A stretch of DNA of 64,000 bases from a virus. Made by a program: the position numbers and the translations under genes. How positions within the stretch are numbered: position 1 is the first letter of the stretch; every line of letters starts with the position of its first letter. A model generated the notes under the pieces. The model saw only the letters and a list, made by a program, of their open reading frames with translations. It did no database searches and was not told where the DNA came from. The DNA lies in the IMG/VR virus record IMGVR_UViG_3300030099_006944, positions 123,356-187,355 of that record; one strand, written 5' to 3'. This document shows positions 27,196 to 35,253 of this stretch, in pieces.

Positions 27196-28073
27196 AATAT
27201 CTATTACCTTTTTTATTAGCTTGCACGGAAGTGTCTATTAACAAAATACCAACAGATCCTGTTGATACATCGAAACCCATAGCGGATACCACAGAACCTT
27301 CACAGCCGGCCTCTGAGCCCTCTGTGGAGCCTATGGAAGGTATCGGAGGGTATGTACACTACTATCTTCGTCAAGTGGCTTGTCCGGCTTGTATGGGCGA
27401 ATCAAATGAGATTACGGTTGAGTTTGATGCAAGGTTTCACGATAGAACTTTTGATACCTACACAAGGCACATTCCCGAACAAGGTCAGTGCACCCAAAGT
27501 ATAACTCAGATATGGCCAAACTTACCCCTAATAGATATGGGATCAGAAATAAAAGCCAGAGCTAACAATTCGACTATTCATGCGTACCGAACAAGCCAAA
27601 ATAATTATTTTTATGCTTGGTATACAGATGCCTCTTATATAAGAGACACTGTACACTCTATATCTCGCGAGGATAACTATGAATTTGCAGAGTTCACATC
27701 GTTTCATGGTTTCGATTACATTGAGCCTTATGAGTTACGCTTTGTAGATCCTTCGTATGCTTTTGCTGCTCCGATATACCGTTCTGGTGCGACTTTCTGG
27801 TGGGCTCCCTATGGTACCAACACTACCTTTACAATAACGCTAGCAGTATATACTCCTGACGGCTCATCGTTGTTAGGTTATGTTGCCTGTTCAGGTGGTG
27901 ACTCTGGCATGATGACCGTTCCCGGACAATATTTGTCCTCTTATCCCTATGGGGCTCTTGTCGCTGTGCATATGGCTCGGCACAAAGTTGAGCTAGTACC
28001 ATGGGAAGAACAAAACACTTTCCTTGAAACACATATGGAGTGGGAAGTAATAGGAACAGGACATATAGAATGA
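27192..28073 (+). CDS. Putative lipoprotein
   Basis: MKYLLPFLLA-C lipobox-like, EPS-rich linker, CxxC. Confidence 0.65.
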   Translation: MKYLLPFLLACTEVSINKIPTDPVDTSKPIADTTEPSQPASEPSVEPMEGIGGYVHYYLRQVACPACMGESNEITVEFDARFHDRTFDTYTRHIPEQGQCTQSITQIWPNLPLIDMGSEIKARANNSTIHAYRTSQNNYFYAWYTDASYIRDTVHSISREDNYEFAEFTSFHGFDYIEPYELRFVDPSYAFAAPIYRSGATFWWAPYGTNTTFTITLAVYTPDGSSLLGYVACSGGDSGMMTVPGQYLSSYPYGALVAVHMARHKVELVPWEEQNTFLETHMEWEVIGTGHIE

Positions 28074-28372
28074 CAAAGAAGCAAAAAGACATATTAATAA
28101 AAGATAGACAGAAGATCGGAAGACCAAAGAAATACAAAGTTGTTTTCTACAATGACGACTATACTCCTATGTTCTTGGTCACTTCGATATTGATAGAAGT
28201 ATTTAATAAAGGATTACCCGAAGCACAATCGATTATGATGAGGGTACACAAACAAGGAAAAGGAGTAGCAGGTGTCTATTCAAAAGAAATCGCACAAACA
28301 AAAGTTGAAACAACAAAAATGTATGCAAGAGAAGCAGGATACCCGCTCCACGCCGAAGCAGAACCAGAGTAG
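28070..28372 (+). CDS. clpS: N-degron adaptor ClpS
   Basis: YKVVFYNDDYTPM, MMRVHKQGKGVAGVY, YPL. Confidence 0.92.
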   Translation: MTKKQKDILIKDRQKIGRPKKYKVVFYNDDYTPMFLVTSILIEVFNKGLPEAQSIMMRVHKQGKGVAGVYSKEIAQTKVETTKMYAREAGYPLHAEAEPE

Positions 28373-28424
28373 TTGCCCCTGTTGTGAATGTGATCCATGT
28401 GATTGCGGTTGGGGGTCTTATTAG

Positions 28425-28673
28425 TTGTTATCTTCTTACCCTTTTGACGTTGACTATGAGGTTGGTGACCTAGTGATGCTAGCCCACCCAGTTGAATTCA
28501 TGGGGGACTTCGTCGACCGAGGCGAGGTAGGAATAATAGTTAAATTATACGATCGTACATATGGATCACATATCATATATGATTGTAGAATTCTTCTGGG
28601 CTGCGGGAGCCATTTGGACTGTTGGTTTTCTGAGTTGATCAATGTAACAAGGTTGTCAAATGGCAATCTTTAA
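28425..28673 (+). CDS. Small SH3/KOW-like protein
   Basis: YEVGDLV...GIIVK. Confidence 0.55.
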   Translation: MLSSYPFDVDYEVGDLVMLAHPVEFMGDFVDRGEVGIIVKLYDRTYGSHIIYDCRILLGCGSHLDCWFSELINVTRLSNGNL

Positions 28674-28887
28674 AGAAAAATTTGATGTAGGAGACTTAGT
28701 TATACTTAACACCTCATTCCCTAGTGTTTTGAAAAATCAACTGGGGATTATTATTCAAATCGGAGTAAACACGGTATATCAGTTAGAAGAAAACATACAG
28801 GAAAATTGGTATGTCGCGCAGTTTGGCTCAATCAGATTAATAGTTAGTGTTGATATGATTATAAAAGTTGAAACAAAAAATGAGTGA
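28660..28887 (+). CDS. Small SH3/KOW-like protein
   Basis: FDVGDLV...LGIIIQ...W. Confidence 0.6.
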   Translation: MAIFKEKFDVGDLVILNTSFPSVLKNQLGIIIQIGVNTVYQLEENIQENWYVAQFGSIRLIVSVDMIIKVETKNE

Positions 28888-29107
28888 CATAAACATCGGC
28901 GATTTGGTTCGCTTAAAGAAGGAGCATGACCCAGAGGGCAAGATAGGAATAGTCACAGACATTAGCCCAAGATATTCTCACCTAGTTTCACATGGAAAGA
29001 CAAAGGTTATAAGAATATATTGGCCAACCATCGATACAATCGATTGGGAATATGATTTTTTTCTAGAAAAAATTGACCCAAAGGACTTGACAGAAGATAA
29101 AGAATAG
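28880..29107 (+). CDS. Small SH3/KOW-like protein
   Basis: INIGDLVRL...IGIVTD...W. Confidence 0.6.
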   Translation: MSDINIGDLVRLKKEHDPEGKIGIVTDISPRYSHLVSHGKTKVIRIYWPTIDTIDWEYDFFLEKIDPKDLTEDKE

Positions 29108-29115
29108 GTTATATT
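29087..29115 (+). promoter_or_regulatory. Sigma70-type promoter
   Basis: TTGACA-17-TATATT. Confidence 0.8.
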
Positions 29116-29134
29116 ATATAAAATTGGAGGATAA

Positions 29135-30217
29135 ATGATTTTTATATGGAACTATGCCTTTAGGCATTTAATGAAAAAATATTGGGGAAACAGGTACAGA
29201 TCGATACCAGTTTTCCATATGGAACTGGCAGGAGATATGCTGGGTAATTTTAGACATGATAAGAATGGTTTCAACACTATTTGTTTAGCCAACAACCAAG
29301 GACTTACAGATAGGCAATTGATGGGTGTTCTATTGCACGAAATGTGCCACCACGTTGCTTATGAGAAGCATGGAATGGATATTGATGCTCATGGGGCCGA
29401 ATGGGAAACCGAGATGAAATTTGTAGGGTTTGAATATCCCATAGACCAAGACACAGATGGCACAGAATTCTTTTCCGAAGAAGAGTATCAAGAGATACTT
29501 CGGTTATTACCCGGAGAACAAGAGACCTTTGAGTGGACTGACTCTTTGACTTTTATGAAAAAAATGGAAAAGAATTGTGTTGACTTAGTTTTAACCGACC
29601 CGCCATATATCATAAGTAAACCTTCGGGATTCAAAAGTGTTAAAGAAGGAGTGGAGCGTTTTGCTGTGTCGACCGAACATGGAGAATGGGACAAAGAGGA
29701 AAATTTTTCTCTGAAAGATTTGCGAGATTCCGTAAAAGAGTATTATCGTGTATTAAAGAAGCACGGTACTGCTATTGTCTTTTGCGATCTCTGGAAGATC
29801 ACAGACGTAAAGCGTATAATGGAAGAAGTAGGCTTTAAGCAAATTCGCTTCATAGAGTGGCTCAAAACAAATCCGGTCCCTCTCAATTCGAGCAGGAACT
29901 ATCTTACAAACGCCAGAGAGGTCGCTCTCCTAGGCGTAAAGGTCAGCAAGCCCACGTTTCATTCGAGCTATGATAATGGGATTTATCAATTACCGATTTG
30001 CCACGAGAAAGGTAGGTTTCACCCAACACAAAAGCCTCTTATGCTGATGCAACTGTTAATAGAAAAACATAGTAACCCGGGAGACGTGGTATTGGACACA
30101 TTCGCCGGAGCAGCGACCACGCTGCTCGCCGCCAAAAATTTAGGCCGTGGATTCCTTGGTTGTGAACTTGACGAAGAATTCTTTGTTAAAGCAGAGAAAC
30201 GACTCTTCGATCTCTAA
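29135..30217 (+). CDS. SprT-like metalloprotease fused to beta-class N6A/N4C DNA methyltransferase
   Basis: LLHEMCHH...HGAEW then DLVLTDPPY, HPTQKP, VLDTFAG. Confidence 0.85.
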   Translation: MIFIWNYAFRHLMKKYWGNRYRSIPVFHMELAGDMLGNFRHDKNGFNTICLANNQGLTDRQLMGVLLHEMCHHVAYEKHGMDIDAHGAEWETEMKFVGFEYPIDQDTDGTEFFSEEEYQEILRLLPGEQETFEWTDSLTFMKKMEKNCVDLVLTDPPYIISKPSGFKSVKEGVERFAVSTEHGEWDKEENFSLKDLRDSVKEYYRVLKKHGTAIVFCDLWKITDVKRIMEEVGFKQIRFIEWLKTNPVPLNSSRNYLTNAREVALLGVKVSKPTFHSSYDNGIYQLPICHEKGRFHPTQKPLMLMQLLIEKHSNPGDVVLDTFAGAATTLLAAKNLGRGFLGCELDEEFFVKAEKRLFDL

Positions 30218-30247
30218 TTATTAAAGCAATATTAGGAGGGATTATGA

Positions 30248-30523
30248 ATGGAGGCGATAATTGAGGGCTTGGCCCAATATGGACCATTGGGTCTTTGGAC
30301 TGCATCTTTGCTTTGGATGAACTGGCAGCAACGCAAAGATCAAAAAGAAGATGAAGAAAGAGCAGCCGATCGATTGCGGTATTACCAAGAAAACATCATA
30401 ACAAGACTTGAAAATCAAGAAAAAATGCTCGAAAGGGCACTAATTAAGTTGGACGACGGTCTTAGTGCTATGCGTGAAAAATATGCCGAAGATCGTATAA
30501 TGCGAATGAAGGGTGACAAATGA
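30248..30523 (+). CDS. Putative holin (N-terminal TM plus coiled coil)
   Basis: QYGPLGLWTASLLW then charged coil; BhlA-like topology. Confidence 0.45.
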   Translation: MEAIIEGLAQYGPLGLWTASLLWMNWQQRKDQKEDEERAADRLRYYQENIITRLENQEKMLERALIKLDDGLSAMREKYAEDRIMRMKGDK

Positions 30524-32097
30524 AAAAAAAGACATTATATAAATTAATCGAACAAGTCTTAAATGAGGCTGAAATTAAAGAACTAATGGCATCGGCAGAC
30601 CCAGATTATATTGCGCAAGCTGTCGACATTGCCGTTATGCTTGGAGACGAAGAAAAACAACAAGTCATTGATGGATTTTTGCAGTTAAAGGCAGAAGATT
30701 TTTTATACAGTGCACACACCTTAATGGAAGAAGACGATGAATTCTCAGTAAGGCAGATGATGCCGATTTACGATACAGTCAAATACACACTCCTTAGTGT
30801 CTTTAGAAAACGCAGAATGCCTACTATCACTAGAAACCAAGACGCGTCACCATGGCTGTTGGAGCAAGCTTATTTGTTTCTGAATAGACTACATCAGAAA
30901 AAAGCGGCAGACAGAGACATGCTGTATTTAGCAAAAAACCCAGCAACACCAGTTAAAGTATTGAATAGATTGAAAACATACTGGATGGCCGAGGTTAGAA
31001 AATCTGCCGAGAATAACTTATCATCACGTGATCCATTAGAAGAAAAAAAGAAGCGCAAGAAGAAAGAAAAGACCAAGAAGGATGCTTGCTATCATAAGGT
31101 GAAGTCGCGTTATGATGTTTGGCCGTCTGCTTATGCTTCCGGCGCTCTTGTTAAATGTCGCAAAGTCGGAGCAAAGAATTGGGGTAACTCAAAGAAAGAA
31201 TCTTTGGGCGAAGCAGAAATTACCGACGACGAAAAAGAAGAACTGAAAGATATTTCAAAGCAACTAAAAGGCGCCGTTAAGGCTCACGGTAAGCAGGCAA
31301 AGACAATTGACAAAGCAATTAAAAAAGAAGGCAAGAAAAACTGCGGCTGCGGTCAAGATCCCTGTAAGACATATGGTATTCAAGAACAAAAAACTGAGGA
31401 ACTTGAAGAGCGATGCCAAAAGGGATATAAGACCCACGACACGCAAAAAACAAAAGAAATGTTTGGAAGAACATATCGTAATTGTGTAAAAGCCGAAGAG
31501 GGCCAACTAGACGAAGAGGGATTGAAGGCTTGGTTTGATGATGCCGATGGTGATGGACAAAGCGGCTGGGAGCAAATTGGCGGTAAATACGATGGTAAAC
31601 CGTGTGCCAAGCAGCCCGGACAAAAAACCAAGCCAAAATGTGCATCCCCAGAAAAAGCAGCATCAATGACCAAAAAAGAAAGAGATAGTGCTGCTAGAAG
31701 AAAAAGAAAAAAAGATCCGAATCCAAATCGCAAAGGTAAAGCAAAAAACGTTAACACAGACCCAAAGAAAGAATCTCTATATAGAATCATCGAAGCGGTC
31801 ATCGAAGAAATGAATAACGAACTTGCCGAGGCGGAACTGGAAGAAAAGAAAAATTCAAAGTGCACCAAGGCTACAAAGAAAGCATCATCCACCCGCAAAG
31901 GAAAGAAGTGGATGAAGTGTGTAAAGAGCGACAGTGGTGGATACAAAAGAATTCACTGGGGACAAAAGGGCGTAAGAGTTACCGGTAAATCTGGTAACAC
32001 AAAAAGAAAGAAATCATTTAAGGCTAGACACAATTGTTCCAAGGCAAAATCGAATACACCACAAGGCCAAGCGTGTAAAGATTGGGCGGAAGAATAA
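30520..32097 (+). CDS. Mosaic basic protein, possible internal virion protein
   Basis: 525 aa; LRV/HEAT-like LAKNPATP, several Lys/Cys-rich modules (KDACYHKVK, PCAKQPGQ, ARHNC). Confidence 0.6.
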   Translation: MKKKTLYKLIEQVLNEAEIKELMASADPDYIAQAVDIAVMLGDEEKQQVIDGFLQLKAEDFLYSAHTLMEEDDEFSVRQMMPIYDTVKYTLLSVFRKRRMPTITRNQDASPWLLEQAYLFLNRLHQKKAADRDMLYLAKNPATPVKVLNRLKTYWMAEVRKSAENNLSSRDPLEEKKKRKKKEKTKKDACYHKVKSRYDVWPSAYASGALVKCRKVGAKNWGNSKKESLGEAEITDDEKEELKDISKQLKGAVKAHGKQAKTIDKAIKKEGKKNCGCGQDPCKTYGIQEQKTEELEERCQKGYKTHDTQKTKEMFGRTYRNCVKAEEGQLDEEGLKAWFDDADGDGQSGWEQIGGKYDGKPCAKQPGQKTKPKCASPEKAASMTKKERDSAARRKRKKDPNPNRKGKAKNVNTDPKKESLYRIIEAVIEEMNNELAEAELEEKKNSKCTKATKKASSTRKGKKWMKCVKSDSGGYKRIHWGQKGVRVTGKSGNTKRKKSFKARHNCSKAKSNTPQGQACKDWAEE

Positions 32098-32115
32098 AAA
32101 ACTTCACCAAAAAAC

Positions 32116-32144
32116 TTGACAAACATCCTCCAACCAGTTATATT
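32116..32144 (+). promoter_or_regulatory. Sigma70-type promoter
   Basis: TTGACA-17-TATATT. Confidence 0.85.
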
Positions 32145-32176
32145 ATATACATAACACAAACACATTGGAGGACACA

Positions 32177-33118
32177 ATGACTAACTATCGACTAGGCTAT
32201 GCCTGTATAAACATGACGCTTGGTGCGCAAAAGCCCAAGGTTACAACTAACCGCTCTATGATCAAGCGAACTTTCAAAGAGAAAGGTATCGCTTATGCTT
32301 CTGAGCTAGCTCTGCAAAATGTCAAGGACTTGAAGTCAATCCTTGAATGGAATTTGAAGAATGACATCACGTTCTTTCGCATGTCATCAGATATCTTCCC
32401 ATGGGCTTCCGAGTATCAACTCGAAGACCTACCTGACTTTACTGAGATCGAAGAGATTTTATTTGAATGTGGTCTGTTTGCCGAAGAACACAACATGCGC
32501 CTCACAACGCATCCCGGCCCATTCAACAAACTTTGCTCACCAAACGAGCAAGTGGTGCTAAACACCATCCGTGATCTAGAAATTCACGGTAAACTAATGG
32601 ACTTGTTGTGCCAACCACGCACACCAAAAGCCAAAATCAACATTCACGTTGGAGGTGCATACAATGATAAACCTATGGCCCTTGGCAATTTTTGCCGGAA
32701 CTTCGCTAAGTTATCAGATGCTGTACGGTCTCGACTGACTGTAGAGAACGACGACAAAGAGTCGCTATATTCAACCCAAGAGTTGTACGATGGTATATTC
32801 AAAAAGATAGGCATCCCCATTGTACATGACTACCACCATCATCATTTTTGTACTGGTGGTTTGTCTCAACTGGATGCCGTTGAATTGGCTCTCTCTACGT
32901 GGGGTGATGTTCGCCCTGTTGTTCATTACAGTCAGTCACGTTCCGTGGAGCACAACGACCCCAAGATCAGAGCCAATGCTCACTCAGACTCTTACTGGAC
33001 TCCGATTGATACCTTTGGTTTTGATATGGACGTGATGCTAGAATGTAAACACAAGGAGCTAGGTCTATTCAAAATGCGAGAATTAATGGCGGAAAATTTA
33101 CAATTAGCAGCGAAATAA
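32177..33118 (+). CDS. uvsE: UV damage endonuclease (UVDE)
   Basis: LGYACIN, FFRMSSDIFP, RLTTHPG, INIHVGG, VENDD, VHDYHHH, AHSD, MLECKHKE. Confidence 0.93.
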   Translation: MTNYRLGYACINMTLGAQKPKVTTNRSMIKRTFKEKGIAYASELALQNVKDLKSILEWNLKNDITFFRMSSDIFPWASEYQLEDLPDFTEIEEILFECGLFAEEHNMRLTTHPGPFNKLCSPNEQVVLNTIRDLEIHGKLMDLLCQPRTPKAKINIHVGGAYNDKPMALGNFCRNFAKLSDAVRSRLTVENDDKESLYSTQELYDGIFKKIGIPIVHDYHHHHFCTGGLSQLDAVELALSTWGDVRPVVHYSQSRSVEHNDPKIRANAHSDSYWTPIDTFGFDMDVMLECKHKELGLFKMRELMAENLQLAAK

Positions 33119-33120
33119 AC

Positions 33121-33149
33121 TTGACAAACTAAGCATAACAGGTTATGTT
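33121..33149 (+). promoter_or_regulatory. Sigma70-type promoter
   Basis: TTGACA-17-TATGTT. Confidence 0.75.
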
Positions 33150-33176
33150 ATATATAACACAAACATGGAGGACAAC

Positions 33177-33770
33177 ATGGATTATATAAAACCATTTAAA
33201 GAAGCACGTAAAGTGGAACTGCAATTAAACGAAGAAGGTAAGTCTGGGAACCGCTCTTCACAAAGGACAGATGTTCTCAATGATTATACCATTGAGCTAA
33301 TCAAAAAACACATCCCAGAGAACAACTTGAATCAGTGGAGATTTGAAACCGAGGAAAACATAGATTGTTCTCGCGGTGACACTTTTTCAATTGACGTCCT
33401 GTGCTATCACAACGATCAATTGAAGTGTTTGCTTCTGTTGAAGGCTATCGGCAGTTCCTATAATAAAAATAGGCACAACTACGCAAACACTGTTGAAGGT
33501 GAGTGTGCACGAATCTTTGATTACGAAGAGAGAGAAGATGGTTTATCTGTTATTTTCATCGACTGGATTCCCAACAAGGTCCCAGCAGGAACCAAAATGG
33601 AAACTCCAAATATTCCCGATTTAACAAAATCAGAGAAAAGGTGGAATAGTTTTTTAGCCGACAGAGATTCGTCTGTTTCTTTCTGCAAAGTTAGATTTGA
33701 TTTGGGGACATACAAAAACATATCCGGTGCTGATAAGTTAAAAGAATCTTTGGTTAGGAGTTTTTCATGA
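33177..33770 (+). CDS. Putative PD-(D/E)XK restriction endonuclease
   Basis: FSIDV...LLLKAIGSSYNKNRHNY...GE pattern; ATGA-coupled to a methyltransferase. Confidence 0.5.
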   Translation: MDYIKPFKEARKVELQLNEEGKSGNRSSQRTDVLNDYTIELIKKHIPENNLNQWRFETEENIDCSRGDTFSIDVLCYHNDQLKCLLLLKAIGSSYNKNRHNYANTVEGECARIFDYEEREDGLSVIFIDWIPNKVPAGTKMETPNIPDLTKSEKRWNSFLADRDSSVSFCKVRFDLGTYKNISGADKLKESLVRSFS

Positions 33771-35188
33771 AAGAATTATATGAATATGAAGATCTTTTAG
33801 ACAAAGACAAAAAGAAGAAGATGGGAATCACTTATACTCCCGAAAAAATTGTGCATTATATTAATGAAGCATGCTTAAAAGCGTGGACCGGCAAAAATCC
33901 CCCAAAAGTTGTTGATTTTAGCGCCGGAACAGGCGTTTTTTTGGTAGATATGGCTAAAAAGATAAGCGAGAGATACAACATTTCTCTTGGTGAAGTGTAT
34001 AGGCAATATATATTTGCAAATGATTTGGACGTAGAAGCAGTAAATCTGTTTAGTTCTACCACTGGCTGTAAAAACATAACCACCGTTGATGGACTAGGTT
34101 TCGATTTATCAGAATATGATATAATCATTGGTAACCCACCATATGTAAAGATACAGAATCTTTCCAAAGAAGATCAGACAAGAATAAGAAATTTTTCTTG
34201 GTGCAAAACTGGAAATACCGATCTTTATATTGCTTTTTGCGAAATGATGTGTACGTCTGGTAAGATTTTTGGTTTTATTTGCCCGAACAGTTGGCAAAAG
34301 ACCGCAACAGGACAAGAAATGCGTAATTGGTTCTTGAATTCAAAAATTATTTCTACATTTGTTGACTTCCGACACAAGAAAGTCTTCGATGTCTCAGCGT
34401 ACACTAGTATACTGTTGTCCGATTCTATCAAAAAGGAATCTTATGTGTTTCAAACGGATTTGGACTCTGACACGGAAACAAAAAAATTTGATGAAGTAAC
34501 AGCAGATGACTTCTTTTTGTATACAACCGAGAACACCTTTATAAAACAGAACAAAGAGAAGAGTAATTTATTGTTCGATAAGTGCTCAATGAAAGTGGGT
34601 ATAGCAACACTGGCTGATGGTGTGTATTTCCTCAAAGATTGTAAAATTTCCGGGAAACTTGTGTTGTTCGGCGAAGAGAAGATAGAAAAAGCCGTGGTTA
34701 AACATTGCTATAAGGCTTCTAAATTAGTCAGATATGATGATGACACTCATGACATGATTATATATCCATATGACAACAAGAAGAGTCTTATACCTGAAAG
34801 AACCATGAAGAAAAAATACCCATTAGCGTATAAATATCTAGAAAAACACAAGGAAAAACTATTACAACGTGATGCAGGAAAGTTCAAAAAGAAGTGCAAC
34901 GAAGGTAAAGCGGTCTGGTATGAATACGGAAGAACACAGGGCTTGGGATTGAAATCCAAAAAGATTTTGATATCTCCCATAATGTGTAAAAAATATTTTA
35001 TGTCGATTGATGATGGTCTCTTTATGTCTGGTTATTGCTTAGAGGTCAAAAAAGACTCTGATTATGAAGATGTACTAGCTGCAATTCAGCAAGAAGATTT
35101 TAAAAAATGGGTGCACCTATTTGGATCCCCAAAGAGCGGCGGATATTATTCCTTGAACAAAGCCGCATTGAAAAAATATCGTTATTAA
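33767..35188 (+). CDS. Gamma-class N6-adenine DNA methyltransferase (Eco57I/TaqI-like)
   Basis: YTP, VDFSAGTG, IIGNPPY, DLYIAF, VDFRHKKVF, WYEYGRTQ. Confidence 0.9.
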   Translation: MKELYEYEDLLDKDKKKKMGITYTPEKIVHYINEACLKAWTGKNPPKVVDFSAGTGVFLVDMAKKISERYNISLGEVYRQYIFANDLDVEAVNLFSSTTGCKNITTVDGLGFDLSEYDIIIGNPPYVKIQNLSKEDQTRIRNFSWCKTGNTDLYIAFCEMMCTSGKIFGFICPNSWQKTATGQEMRNWFLNSKIISTFVDFRHKKVFDVSAYTSILLSDSIKKESYVFQTDLDSDTETKKFDEVTADDFFLYTTENTFIKQNKEKSNLLFDKCSMKVGIATLADGVYFLKDCKISGKLVLFGEEKIEKAVVKHCYKASKLVRYDDDTHDMIIYPYDNKKSLIPERTMKKKYPLAYKYLEKHKEKLLQRDAGKFKKKCNEGKAVWYEYGRTQGLGLKSKKILISPIMCKKYFMSIDDGLFMSGYCLEVKKDSDYEDVLAAIQQEDFKKWVHLFGSPKSGGYYSLNKAALKKYRY

Positions 35189-35189
35189 C

Positions 35190-35218
35190 TTGACAAACTA
35201 AACATAACACGTTATATT
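35190..35218 (+). promoter_or_regulatory. Sigma70-type promoter
   Basis: TTGACA-17-TATATT. Confidence 0.85.
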
Positions 35219-35253
35219 ATAGATATAAAATAAAAAAGACATTGGAGGAAAAT

